A stretch of 63,416 bases of DNA, the filler included, from Octopus bimaculoides (Eukaryota): assembly GCF_001194135.2 (NCBI RefSeq). It is 5 parts of 5 records of this genome, joined end to end, with 100 filler letters (N's around TTAATTAATTAA, not from the genome) between each part and the next. Parts side by side here need not be neighbours in the genome. Positions count along the whole stretch, not along the records: positions 32,325 to 46,660 come from NC_068990.1; positions 46,761 to 59,391 come from NW_026352450.1; 3 more parts are not named here. One strand, written 5' to 3'. Every line of letters begins with the position of its first letter. Within the stretch, counting starts at the first letter, position 1. The notes under the pieces are model-generated. The model saw only the letters and a program-made list of their open reading frames with translations. It did not search any database and had not been told where the DNA came from. The position numbers were made by a program, and so were the translations under genes. This document shows, piece by piece, positions 36,101-48,456 of this stretch.

Positions 36101-36999
36101 TTTCTGGGGGCCCGTCACCGTTATAAACACTACGAGACCATATAAGAGATCCTCTCTTAATAAATATCGCAGTATTATGTATTCTAGTACAACATTCACT
36201 GTAAATATTAGATAAATGTCACATTTTGGTTTTAATACTGCTTCTGTTCCTACTAAGTATTTTCTAAAGACTATGTTATCCATGGGATGAGTCTTTAAAG
36301 TCGACAAAGTGGAATTCGGTTATTTCTCGCATTACAATATTCCCCATAAAAGTTCCTTCAGTGCTCTTGTTCATTTTTGCTATTGTTTTACCTAAGATCA
36401 AATTTGATCCGCCAAACATGTCACCGACAGTTATCCATTAGTAACCGCTCTGTGCAGTTTAAATTGTATCAAGGACCAATACAACTTACATGTACTTCAT
36501 ATATTCGAAGTGGTAGTGTTATAATTATAATTAAGATATGTCTGGATATTAATCCCTAAAGGTAGAGGAGCCATGCAGAATTTCATTTGTTTTATCGTCT
36601 TTTACTATGAATAAGAATTACAACAATAATAACCCACTTCATAGATTTTGTCTTAAAACTTGCAACATTCAGCTGTGCTAAAGACACCCAAGAACTAAGT
36701 TAAGTCTAGCACCAGAAACAAGTTAACTGTCCCTCCCATAGGCATCTCCATATATTCTGCCAAGAGAATTGCAATTATGTTTCTATATTTGATCTAGGAC
36801 TACGTTTCAAGTCACGTGTTCAACGTGACGCAGAGTAACCCTAAAAATCAAAATCTTATAGGCATAAATGGAACGGTTTAACTACCCAGTTGTATGTGTG
36901 TCCCACGCTAAAGGGAAGGTAGTCTTCGAGTTAGTAAAACTGATAATTTTACCAGTTTTGTTTGTTTGATATCACTAATGACATCAGGGATAGTATGGA

Positions 37000-37258
37000 T
37001 CTATGTAATCTTATTGCATGTGTAAGAAATTAGCAAAAACATATATGTAAAGATCGCTTGCGTACGTGATAAATTAAGAAAAAGCATATAGATAAGTAAA
37101 AACCTCTTCTGTACGTGATGAATTGCGAGAAAACAAATAGAAGCGTAAACAGTGCTTGCTTCCGTGATAAATTAAGGAAAAAATACTAGTTATGTAAGGA
37201 CCGCTTGCGTACGTGATAAATTAAGCAAAACAAATATATAGGTAGAGATCACTTTACC
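37000..37258. repeat. 49-bp minisatellite, ~5 diverged units
   Basis: Units start at 37047, 37096, 37145 and 37194 (gtaa...gcttgcgtacgtgataaattaag...). Confidence 0.85.
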
Positions 37259-37767
37259 AAAGAGATAGGCAAGCAGCAATTTGTTAGTTTTATTCGTAAT
37301 GTGTTCAAGTCTGAAGTGGTACTAATACAGCCAACTAACAAGGCAAATGGTTTGTGGTTTGAACCTCATTACCATGACAGAGCACTATTACAGCTTATCA
37401 CATTGGAACGCAACACTGCACTCATTGGCACCACTGTGTTTGTTAAATATTTCTCTTGTTTATTACAGTGATTAGCTGCGCCAAAAACTGGTCTCTTGGT
37501 TCGATTATGATATCGATTTTGAAACAACTTTCAGGTGTTTAATTTCAGGGGAATACTACTAAATACAAACTAAATGAATTATAGTGGAAACGAAAGACAT
37601 TCCATATGAAAGAAACCTGATTTATGTAAATCGTATAATCTCGACATACTCTCGAGTCGAGCAGTTGTTGACTTCCTTCTCACAGAACATCCCATCCCTA
37701 AACATGGCTATTTGACTGCCCTGTATTCGAGAAGAGTTTTTTTTTCTTCCTATATCATGACTAAACA

Positions 37768-38461
37768 CAGAGTGACCCAATGCCACTAGACCATTTCAAA
37801 ATATTATAACCCTTTGTTCATTAAATATTCACATTTATTCTTTTATAAACTATAAATACACATTTTGAAAAAATATTCCCCCAAGAAAACTCTGGAGCCA
37901 TGAAATTGAATTTGGAGTTTCATGATCAGGGCAATAATCATGATCTTACTTATTAATCTGCTGGCTTCAGTTCCTGCACTAGCTGTACTTTATATAGCAT
38001 TCAATTTAGCATCCTTTATTCTTTAAATCCTCTGTAATGAACTTCAGGATAAGTCCAGCCACTCGGACTACCTTTAGGTTGACACTAGGCCTTGTTTGCA
38101 ATGATCTGTTGTACAGGTTGATTTTGTCCTGAGATCTCTCTGAATGTGGCCTTCCCACGTATTATAAATCAGTCACATCGCCCTGTTGTTAAAGCTGCTA
38201 GAATAAGTTGAGTATTGTTTGTCTAGATGAGGGCTAACGGAGCTGAAAATGACGAATGACAACACTTTGAATTACCAGATTTTATCGTTGAGTTTTTTAA
38301 GATAAAATTTGATTATTTTTATTAGTTGCTCTATCGTGAAGTTTTTTATGACTATTTTCCAAGAACTACATGCCAATAATTTGAATAAAAAGAAAAAATG
38401 TTATTAATTGTAGAAACTTTATTATTGTTTAAAGTGGTCTAGTGACTTTTGGACCTTCCTG
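37768..38461 (-). mobile_element. Non-autonomous Tc1-like element (~695 bp)
   Basis: Left cagagtgacccaatgccactagacca vs reverse complement of right caggaaggtccaaaagtcactagacca|TA; GRP...QD HTH-linker-like remnant on the minus strand. Confidence 0.6.
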
Positions 38462-39289
38462 TAGTATCAATTTATTGTTTCAGTGTGTCATCTGAAAAAT
38501 AGATTAAATGTGTGAACTGATATCATGTGATGAAGGCACTCCAAACGAAAAATATGAAACATACTAACTGATTAATTTACACATAGATAAAACATTAAGA
38601 AATGAAAAACTGTTACAACCAATTTGACATGCCGCGATGTATCCCAAAGTGATTTCGTCCAGCTTCATTTTAATTTCTTAGTTCTAAAGATACTTATCGT
38701 ACGTTCATAATGTGAAGATTTTCAGAATATTTGCCGAACAATTATTCACTCTAGGTGTCATGATTTATATAATCCCTACCAAAATCAGTGACGTTCTGTT
38801 CTTCCCTTCTACTTCACACAACGCTAATATGTGTTACCATGTTACACGTTCATTTCTGCATAAATAAAATTTGATCCTGTGAAGACTTGAACGTGTCTGC
38901 TTAAAATGCGGTGAGAGTTTTATGTCCATATTCTCAGGTGGGACACTAAAATATTACATAGAATACACAGACTATTATAATATTCGGAATCAAACGATTG
39001 TAGAGTATTTTATAGACACAATTATTAGCAGAAATAGCAGCGACGTCTATCTCCTATCGTTCCATACTGTCTTAATCTGAAATGAGCATAAGCTAATCTA
39101 ATCTTGATCATTAATATATATGCACAAAAGGCAAGGGAGGATAATCATTATGACAAGGTTTTTGATCCTAGGTTCGTTATATCAGGGTTGAGTTAATGAA
39201 AAACTAGTACATATTTAAAAGAAGACAGTAGTTTATAGTTTAATCAATTAAGTACAGATGAGTACCAGCATCGCTAATTTGTAATTGTA

Positions 39290-39730
39290 GCGGAGGCGTA
39301 GGCACGGATGCGTGGTTAAGGAACTCACTTTGAAATCAATGGATTTCGGGTTCATCCCATGGAGCGGTGCCTTGATTCGTCCAATGCCCGGTGAGTGAAG
39401 ATAGTAGACACAAATTGTGCAGCAACCGTTGTACATACATACATATATGCATACACACACACACATGTACGTGCGTGTGCCTGTATGTATGTACGCATGC
39501 ATGTATGTGCGTGTGTGTGTCTTTGTATATGTACTCTGTTTCTCCTCACACGAGTTGACGGCCGGTGTTGATTTGTTTACATTTTTGTAACCAAGCGGTT
39601 CGACAAAAGTTAGCGATAAAATAAATACTGGGTATAAAATATATACAGATGTCCATTCATTTGACTATAACCTTGAATGCGGTTATCCAGCATGGCCGCG
39701 CTCCAATGAATGAAGCAAGTAAAACTGGAA
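39290..39730 (+). mobile_element. SINE family A, diverged full length
   Basis: Head ggcgtaggcacggatgcgtggttaag, internal (CA)/(TG), tail cagcatggccgcgctccaatgaatgaagcaagtaaaa. Confidence 0.7.
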
Positions 39731-40324
39731 GGATTAGGATATATTTTAATATGTGGGGGAGTATTTCTTACAAAGAAAATAATTATTCGATACATGAACC
39801 AGTTTTAGGCTTGGATCCAAGTTAAATAAAATCAATAACAGAAGCGATTGAGGGCTGTCGGGCATTTAATGCTGTTATCGGCCGGAATCGGGATATTTGC
39901 GGACGCAGGAATGTAACGTGAATCAAACGGCCAAAGTAAATACAACCAACGCAAGTCTATTGAGAAGCCACTAAAGCATCATTGTTGCAAAGGATAAAGT
40001 CTACTGTAACAAAATGTTGTGTTTAGTTATTCCCTATTGACAATGAAACTAAACACAGCACCACTAAAATCCGATCAAAGAAAAAAGAAAATATAACACA
40101 AATTTAATAACAACAAAAGTCATCTCTTCATAATTGCTTGATTAACGATTCTAGAATCCATATTTCAACTCTGTAACAGCTTGTGTTTGTTTACACTTTT
40201 CTGTTTTAACGATCTCGTTTAAATTTCATTCAATTATTATTTTTATTTTATATTTAGTAAATAATTGTGTAAATTTATTGACATATTTTGATTTAATTTT
40301 CGCTATTCCTTCATATTTTTCAAC

Positions 40325-40350
40325 TTTTATTGTTATCACCATCATCATCA

Positions 40351-40403
<53 letters not shown>

Positions 40404-40527
40404 ATTATTATTATTATGGGTATTATCATTACACTTATAGCAATTATTAATATTATTATGAGTATCATGATTACACTTATAGTAATTATTATTATTATCA
40501 TAATTATTTTCATTATCATCATCATCA

Positions 40528-40585
<58 letters not shown>
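40325..40585. repeat. (CAT)n/(ATT)n microsatellite
   Basis: Direct reading. Confidence 0.95.
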
Positions 40586-40741
40586 GAAAATTCAAACTTC
40601 CGTTTTTATTAAATACGTTTTGTGTTTGATTTTCATGGAAATTTCTATTACAACTTGCAACACCACGTGCAAAACAACATACACCAATCATCACTTGAAA
40701 GCCAATTATCTCCTCACTACCCCGTCATTAAACACGCACAA

Positions 40742-40784
<43 letters not shown>

Positions 40785-41599
40785 CACACACGCAAACACA
40801 CACGCACACATATATATATTATATTATTTTATATTATATTATATTTCACTATTTTCTTGTTATTCTTTTACAGTTGATTTCCATTGATAAATTTCCATTA
40901 ATTGTTCACCAATCACTTTGAAGAAATCATCCATGCTAATGACCAGCATATTTAATATCGCTCTTCAAACGTAGATTTTGTTGTTGTTGTTGTAGTTGAT
41001 GTTGTTATTTTTTGTTGCTCTTATTCTTGTAGTTTGCTTCTTCTATTTTTATTTCTTTATTCATGAATAAATATTTTACCTCATTTCATATCTAAATTTA
41101 CCTTGACAGTTGTAAGGACTTCGGTTTGTTTTCTGATAGTGCTAAATATCAAAGGATTTTTCTATCAGTTCTTTTAGAGACATGTTGGTTTAATTTACAT
41201 AAATGAGGATTTGCCCATTAATAACCCAGTCCATGTCTACACTTAATAGCGCCAGCTGTCTTTGAAATTACTTTCTTGAACAATATAACCTACTTGAGTA
41301 GGGAGATGCTGTTCGCCGAATTATATTCGGGGTCGGCGGTGTGTCAAGTAAGCTGTAGGAATTTCCTCAAATACCGCCTGAATATTATGTTTTTTGATTT
41401 TAAAAAAAAATCCTTCTGGAGAATTTTAAATAACATTGGACCAATTGAGTTACGATAAAGTTATTTCACAGTCCTATTATTAGATGGGAGTTGATTTTTG
41501 CGGGGAGTGCAAGGCATATGTACCCAAATTTGAGTAACATTTGAACATCGTTCGCACCATGTTGATGGTCTGTTTTTACTTTCTATGAATACTGTGTAA

Positions 41600-41880
41600 C
41601 CGCTTGACGAGTGGTAAGGGTAACGCGCTCAGAATCCCAAGAATGTGGGTTCGATTCACAGACCGAGCAACACATTTTGTTCTTAAGCAAAATACGTCGT
41701 GTCACATTGCTCCAATCCATTCAGCTGTAGACGGGTCACCCTGCGACAGACAAACCCTCCAATCAGGGAGGGGTGAATGTTGGCCTGCTTACCTTGCCAG
41801 CGGAACGACGTCGTTCGAAAGCCAAAACTATGCGAAGCACATCGTGACAAGCGATGTATAACGATATCCTATAGTCTGGT
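41600..41880 (+). mobile_element. tRNA + CORE-like SINE with a V-domain-like block
   Basis: A box gacgagtggtaagg, B box ggttcgattc, ttcttaagcaaaatac CORE-like, gggtcaccctgcgacagac...ccaatcagggagggg. Confidence 0.65.
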
Positions 41881-42270
41881 CGATACCGTATTAAACCGAT
41901 GAATGATGTAACACACTTGGTGGCTTTGGGTAGATTAGGGACCTTGCTTTTTGAGGTGATCCCAATAATTAAGTCACTCCAGTTACATATTTATTCATTG
42001 TTATGGATATTTGTGATATTATCATCCTCATAATGTTTTGTATTGGCGTTCACAATGTTCAGCAGCATACCTGGCTCTAGAGTGGAGAGGGCCAAGGTAG
42101 CATCATGTCTATCAGGGACGCTTTTAAAGGTCCGTGAACACTTTCTGCGGGTCATACCAACTGTACTGTTAACTATATTTCTTCTCAAACCCACCGCCTC
42201 CGCCGCATACAACACTAAAGAATCACGTTCACAATCACTTCCATTACACCACTCCTACCAACACCACGGC

Positions 42271-42306
<36 letters not shown>

Positions 42307-42436
42307 TATCATCATCATCATCACCATCATCACGGACAGGCCCAACCACCATTAATACTAAGGTCGTCACTATTTCCACTAAAGCTACCACTTTCATTAC
42401 TTCACTGCCGTCAACACCATATACCAACAGCAGTGC

Positions 42437-42720
42437 AGGCGCTTGGCTTAATGCTTCGGGCATTCTGCTCATGATCGTAAAGTCCCGAGTCCGATTCCTG
42501 GCGGTGCGCGTTGTGTCTTTGAGCAAGATGCTTTATTTCACCTTGCCCCAGTCCACTCGGCTGGCAAAAATGAGTTGTACTTGCAACTGAGATCCTGTTT
42601 CACGCCGAATCTCGCTGAAAATACACTAAGGGTACGCTATGTGTCTGGGTACCCTATATGTCTGTCAAGTGCTCAGCCAGTTACACGTTAATTCTGCGGG
42701 AAGGCTGTGCCGTGGATTGG
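42437..42720 (+). mobile_element. SINE family D joined to a family C-type tail
   Basis: CORE-like gtgtctttgagcaagatgctttatttcac, ccagtccactcggctggc, then taagggtacg...gtgctcagccagttacacgttaatt. Confidence 0.7.
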
Positions 42721-42754
42721 AATAATATTATTAATACTACCCGCATACTGACCT

Positions 42755-42970
42755 TGCTTCCCAACCACATGGTTCCGGTTCATTCTTACTGCATGTTACG
42801 TATCTTCTATTTTAGTCACGGAGTGATCAAATCATTGTGTGTGGATTTGGTAGACGGAAATTATAAGAAGCCTGTATAATCAATGCTTTACAACCGTTGC
42901 TGGTGTGTTTACATCGCCGTAGCATAGCGAATCCGGAAAAGTAGACAAAACAATAGGCACCAGGCTTTAT
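42755..42970 (+). mobile_element. SINE family A, internally deleted
   Basis: cttgcttcccaaccacatggttccgg...gtggatttggtagacggaaa...gctggtgtgtttacatc. Confidence 0.75.
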
Positions 42971-42971
42971 A

Positions 42972-43024
<53 letters not shown>

Positions 43025-43039
43025 AACAATAATAATAAT

Positions 43040-43257
43040 CCTATTTTACTGGATGCACAAGGCCTGAAATTTTGGAGAAGGGGACTAGTCGATTACATCG
43101 ACGCCCGACGTTTCACTGGTACTTAACATTTTGACCCCGAAAGGATGAAAGGCAAAGTAGCTCTCAGCGGTATTTGAACTCAGAACGTAAAGACAGGCGA
43201 AAAACCGCTAAGCATTTCCCCCCGGTGTGGTAACGACTCTGCAAGCTCACCGCCTTA
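43040..43257 (-). mobile_element. SINE family B, full length, inside (GAT)/(AAT) arrays
   Basis: Same structure as 28190-28392, (AAT)n on both sides. Confidence 0.85.
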
Positions 43258-43299
43258 ATAATAATAATAATAATAATAATAATCATAATAATAATAATC

Positions 43300-43333
<34 letters not shown>

Positions 43334-43347
43334 TAATAATAATAAAA

Positions 43348-43389
<42 letters not shown>

Positions 43390-43394
43390 TAGTT

Positions 43395-43490
43395 TTATTT
43401 TTATAACGTGCTTTCACTTCACTACCGAGCGCAGCTCTGTGCGCCTTGGGTATGTGCTGTGGTTTGCTGTGGTGCTCTTATGTTTACTTA
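43395..43490 (-). mobile_element. Short non-repetitive module inside (ATT)n; probable 5'-truncated LINE 3' end
   Basis: aagtaaacataagagcaccacagc...gaaagcacgttataaaaataaaactactg embedded in perfect AAT repeats on both sides. Confidence 0.45.
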
Positions 43491-43542
43491 TTATTATTAT
43501 TATTATTATTATTATGATTATTATTATTATTATTATTATTAC

Positions 43543-43611
<69 letters not shown>

Positions 43612-45263
43612 TGGGGTCGCTTCTTTCGACTAAAATTTTTGAAATCGCTGCCCCAGACTGGCCACAGTGTAATGAGTGAAAACAAGTAAAAGATAAATGA
43701 TAACACCACTGGTCTCCCCACATTCATCAGTACCACTAAGAATCCCCTGTGACTACAGCATCACTGACACGAAGCACCGCACATCAGTCTCACAACGACC
43801 ATCTCCATTAATGCCAAACCAACAGACTGCCTTCGTCACTGGAAACACCAGTGCTCCTGTCACCGAAATCAATAGCACCATTATCAGAATAATCAATAGC
43901 GCCAACACCACCACCAATATCCCCAACACCTGTATAACTACTCGTAGAAAAGAAAAAGAAATTTTACACCAAAAAACCCACCCACTCCTTGTACGACCAC
44001 CACCAACAACAACACTTGCATCGTCGTTTGCTACAAGTATTAACACTAGCACATACACCAAAAAAACAACTACCGCAGGTACTGCAATGAGTACCACGTT
44101 TGTTACAAGAACTAACGCGAATAGAACAACTAGAATCACCTACAAACTTATGGACAACCATACAACGACCGGCACCATTATCTTCATAACTAACACTGCA
44201 GCGAATACAATAATAAAATAAACTAATGATAAAATATTAAAAAAAAAAAAAACAACGGGAAAATTAAGCAGAAAATAAATAAGAATAAAGAGAAAAATTA
44301 TAGAAAAGATCAAAAACCAAAATTGAACCAAAATATACAAAGAATGAATTGGCGACAGTAAAAATGGTGGGTATTTAATGTATTCGAATGAAATCTAAAA
44401 GCTTTTAGTTCGGAAAGATGAAAAAAATAATAATAATAATAAAAATTGATTAAAAAAATGAATGTAACAAGAATATAATATAAATAAATATCAACATGAA
44501 ATAAACGGAGATATAAAAATCATATAAATGGAATGGAGCATACATATATATATATATATATANNNNNNNNNNNNNNNNNNNNNNNNNNNNNNNNNNNNNN
44601 NNNNNNNNNNNNNNNNNNNNNNNNNNNNNNNNNNNNNNNNNNNNNNNNNNNNNNNNNNNNNNNNNNNNNNNNNNNNNNNCAAAGAATTATTTATGGCTGG
44701 TTGTTCATATATATATATAAATATATGCAGACGCATACATATATATATATATATACATACATATACAAAGAATTATTTATGGCTGGTTGTTCATATATAT
44801 ATATAAATATATGCAGACGCATACATATATATATATATATATTACGTCAATGTATAAACGTGTGTGTATTCAAAAACAATAATTAAAATATATTTGCAAA
44901 ATAAATAAGGAAATAAAAATGGACGTAAAATGAAAGTGGAACCCAAAGTAGTGAAGATTGAAGCAAAATCATAATAATCCGAAATCAAATATCGAAACTC
45001 TTATTTAAATATCGCTACATTCATACACAGATTTCAATAGGTTTCTCTGTACACACACACACACGCACACACACACACACACACACACGCACACACGCAC
45101 ACACATACACACATGTAATCGTTCACACGCACGAATTTAATCGCTCGCACACAAACATAGGAACACACGAGCTTACTCTTATATATTGATGTACATGCCT
45201 ATTCAGGCACACGCGTTGTGCTATATAAACTCAGTCAAAACTTAATATCTTTTACTCTTTCTT

Positions 45264-45342
<79 letters not shown>

Positions 45343-46152
45343 TTCTCTCTGAATATATATATATATATATATATACACTTGCACAATTAAAACAGTGCCT
45401 GTGCATAGTGTATTCACACGCACGCTCCCAATTATTCGCTTCTTAATAACACTTCATCTATATATTTATACTTATATGCCTAGATATGTATATGTGTGTA
45501 TATGTGTGTATATGCGTGTCTGTATGTGTGTTTGTGCGTGTGTGTGCATGTATATATACATGAATAGTTATTCGTGCGAGCGCATGCGCACAGACACCTA
45601 CTCACGCGCACACACACACACACGCACATATACATATGACCGTGTGAGAGCAAACATGCAGGAATGATTAAAAACACATCCAACGTCACATCACCACATA
45701 CTGTGGCAACAGTAGTCTCTCCAAGAATTACGAACTCACATTTATATATGCACACCCACACACTGACAGACACACACACTCACAGTCATACACGCACATA
45801 TATACAAATGCATGCAGAAAGAAAAACGCACGCGCACACTGATGTTCTCAATCCTTTATAGAGGGACATCGACGCATGCGCAAAATCTGGCACTGACTCG
45901 CAGATGCAGAGACACATGTCCGCAGCCTCCATATCTCGCAGCCTCGCGTTCAGACTTATGTAGCACAGAATAAACGCACTTGTTGATATACGCACAGTAA
46001 TTATATATTTATACTTAATCGAATTAACTCTACTATGCGCACGAATTCAAATGAGCACCCGCAGTCTCACTCTATCTCTATCCCTCTCTCTTTCTCTCAG
46101 TCTCTCACTAACTCACTTCTTCTCTATGTATCCCTCTGTCTATCTATCAAAC

Positions 46153-46231
<79 letters not shown>

Positions 46232-46660
46232 GTGTATCTCTCACTGAAACACACTCTCATACAGAAATATACATATAAGCTTAGGCATAGGCAATCCCAC
46301 GAAGTTTCACATACATGTATCTATACACGCATGTAATGACACAGCAAACAGTATACACACACACACACACACACACGTGCAGAAAGGCATGTTAGCATAA
46401 ACACATACACGTACGCACGCACATAAGCAAACTTGCACGCATTTTTTTTTTTTAACCATGAGACGCATACACAATAAATGGAAAATAGATTTGGAGAGGT
46501 AGACTACATAAGATAACCTCTTATACCTGTATGCTGCATGCATATAAGATTACAAAATTATACTTATATATAGCCATGTATCATATACATACATACACAC
46601 ATATATACATACACACATACATACATACGTACATACATACATACATATATATACATATAT

Positions 46661-46760
46661 NNNNNNNNNNNNNNNNNNNNNNNNNNNNNNNNNNNNNNNN
46701 NNNNTTAATTAATTAANNNNNNNNNNNNNNNNNNNNNNNNNNNNNNNNNNNNNNNNNNNN
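46661..46760. other. Scaffold join with TTAATTAATTAA linker
   Basis: Same construct. Confidence 0.95.
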
Positions 46761-47092
46761 ATATATATATGTATGTATAGATCTGCATGTGTGTGTAGAC
46801 AGATAGCTAGATAGATAGATAGATAAGTTTCTATAGTAACCACGCAGGGCCGAACACAGAGGGGACAAAATACAATGTAGAGCTTTTCTTTTCGAAACAA
46901 AAAGAAGAAAAATAGGGAAAAAATAAACTTCCGATCAAAAGGGATCGTATAAGAGAACAAAACAATCAAAATGGATCGTGTATCACAGAAAGAGGCGAGA
47001 TAAATACACACGTACGTACATACATACATACATACACAATAGGCAGACATAACTGTGGACAGATGGCTAAATAGTGGGGTAGACAGGTAGAC

Positions 47093-47130
<38 letters not shown>

Positions 47131-47487
47131 AGAGAGGAGGCTGGGAAGACAGAGTTAGGTACCCATTAATTACTAGTACAAATAGTATACGAGTTAAAGA
47201 AAACTATTGCGAAAATCTACTTGTCTGATGTAGTACGAATACGCGAGCAGTAAATTGGTCCAGCATATTGCGAATATTCTTCAAAAAGAGCTTTTGCAGA
47301 GCTGTGTCATGTTATTACTTATTCAGAGATTTACACATCGTAAATGTTTAGTAAACAAATGATGACATTTTGCTAAGAGCACATGAAATTATTCATAATA
47401 TCTACACTCTGTAAGCAAAGGCGTATATACATCCATGTATATATACATCCGTACAGGCAGTAAGCAGATGATTGGAATGAGTATATA

Positions 47488-47900
47488 GCGTGACTGTGTG
47501 GTAAGAAGCTTGCTTCCCAACCACATGGTTCCCGGGTCCGTCCAACTACGTGGCACCTTGAGCAATTAATTGTCTTCTACTATAGCCTCTGGCCGACCAA
47601 AGCCTTGTGAATGGATTTGGTAGACGGACAGTGGAAGAATCCCCTCGTACACATGTGTGTATGTATGTATGTATGTATGTATGTATATATTTATGTGTTT
47701 GTGTTTGTTCCACCATCAACGCTTCACAACTAATGGTTGTGTGTTTACGTCCCCATAACTTAGCGGTTTGGCAAAAGACTCCGATAGAATAAATACTAGA
47801 TTTACAAAGAATAAATGCTGGAGTCGATTTCTTCGACTAAAACCACTTCAGGTGGTGCTCCAGCAGGGCTGCAGTAAAATGGCTGAAACAAGCAAAAGAA
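47488..47900 (+). mobile_element. SINE family A, full length
   Basis: Head gcgtgactgtgtggtaagaagc to tail gctgaaacaagcaaaaga. Confidence 0.9.
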
Positions 47901-48171
47901 TATGTAATGCGTACTATATACGAGATTAAAAATGAAAAGTATTTTCTAAGCAATGTCCGAGTCTCTATTTGCTGTCCAGCAATGTTTATTCAAACGCATT
48001 TTCAGATGCCGGGCTTGTAACTGATAGTGATAAATATGTAAAGGCAATCTATTTAATATTTCTTTTTCACTGACGTTATTACTGTTATTTCTATATTTTC
48101 TGCAAACAAAGTGCACAAAAAAGTTACACGTTTGCATTATATTAAATATACTATAGTAATAAAGGATATTA

Positions 48172-48334
48172 CCGTATATATGTTTACAAACCAAGGACGT
48201 TATATAGACCTCCTTGACTCAAGTTAGAGAAGGGGTGCGTATTATACACAAGGTTTAGATGTTTCAGAGGTACAGTCTCCTAAAAATCCCCTGCGTATTA
48301 TACTCAAGGGCGGACTATACACGAGGATTTACGG
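48172..48334. mobile_element. TA|CCGTA...TACGG|TA MITE (Tc1/mariner-pogo type)
   Basis: Terminal CCGTA/TACGG with TA on both sides; internal duplicated tgcgtattatac. Confidence 0.6.
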
Positions 48335-48342
48335 TATATATA

Positions 48343-48381
<39 letters not shown>

Positions 48382-48412
48382 AGCTGCAAAAACATCAAAA
48401 AATATAACAAAA

Positions 48413-48456
48413 AAACTACTACTCAGAGTTTCACGTTCCCGTTCGTCGGACAGTTT
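48413..48456 (-). ncRNA. Minimal type I hammerhead with U4C core variant
   Basis: Minus: aaactgt-CCGACGA-acg ggaa cgt-GAAA-ctc t gag-UA-gtagttt; stem III has a 1-nt loop (dimer-type); GUA triplet. Confidence 0.6.

Larger units (their letters stand above)
35660..36270 (+). repeat. Diverged direct tandem repeat (~310-350-bp units), each with a hammerhead remnant
   Basis: Shared blocks in order: tac(a/c)(g/a)atc(g/a)ctgat, gctgga(c/t)gtctg, gaaatca(t/c)gt, cccgtcaccg(a/t)tataaa, ttcta(a/g)(c/t)acaacat, taatactgctt. Confidence 0.75.
42970..43610. repeat. (GAT)n/(AAT)n/(ATT)n array with embedded elements
   Basis: Direct reading; includes an AAT-to-ATT orientation switch at about 43348. Confidence 0.95.

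Noticed and set aside
37000-37258. CRISPR-like repeat/spacer appearance
   Set aside because: Eukaryotic context; the whole unit is homologous with no unique spacers and no cas genes.
43697-44221. 174-aa Thr-rich, mucin-like ORF
   Set aside because: Degenerate CAA/CAC low-complexity sequence with no signal peptide or splice support.
45575-45990. NRF1-like GCGCATGCGC motifs and CpG-rich patch as a promoter
   Set aside because: Embedded in CA/CG microsatellite-like DNA where such motifs arise by chance; no linked exon.
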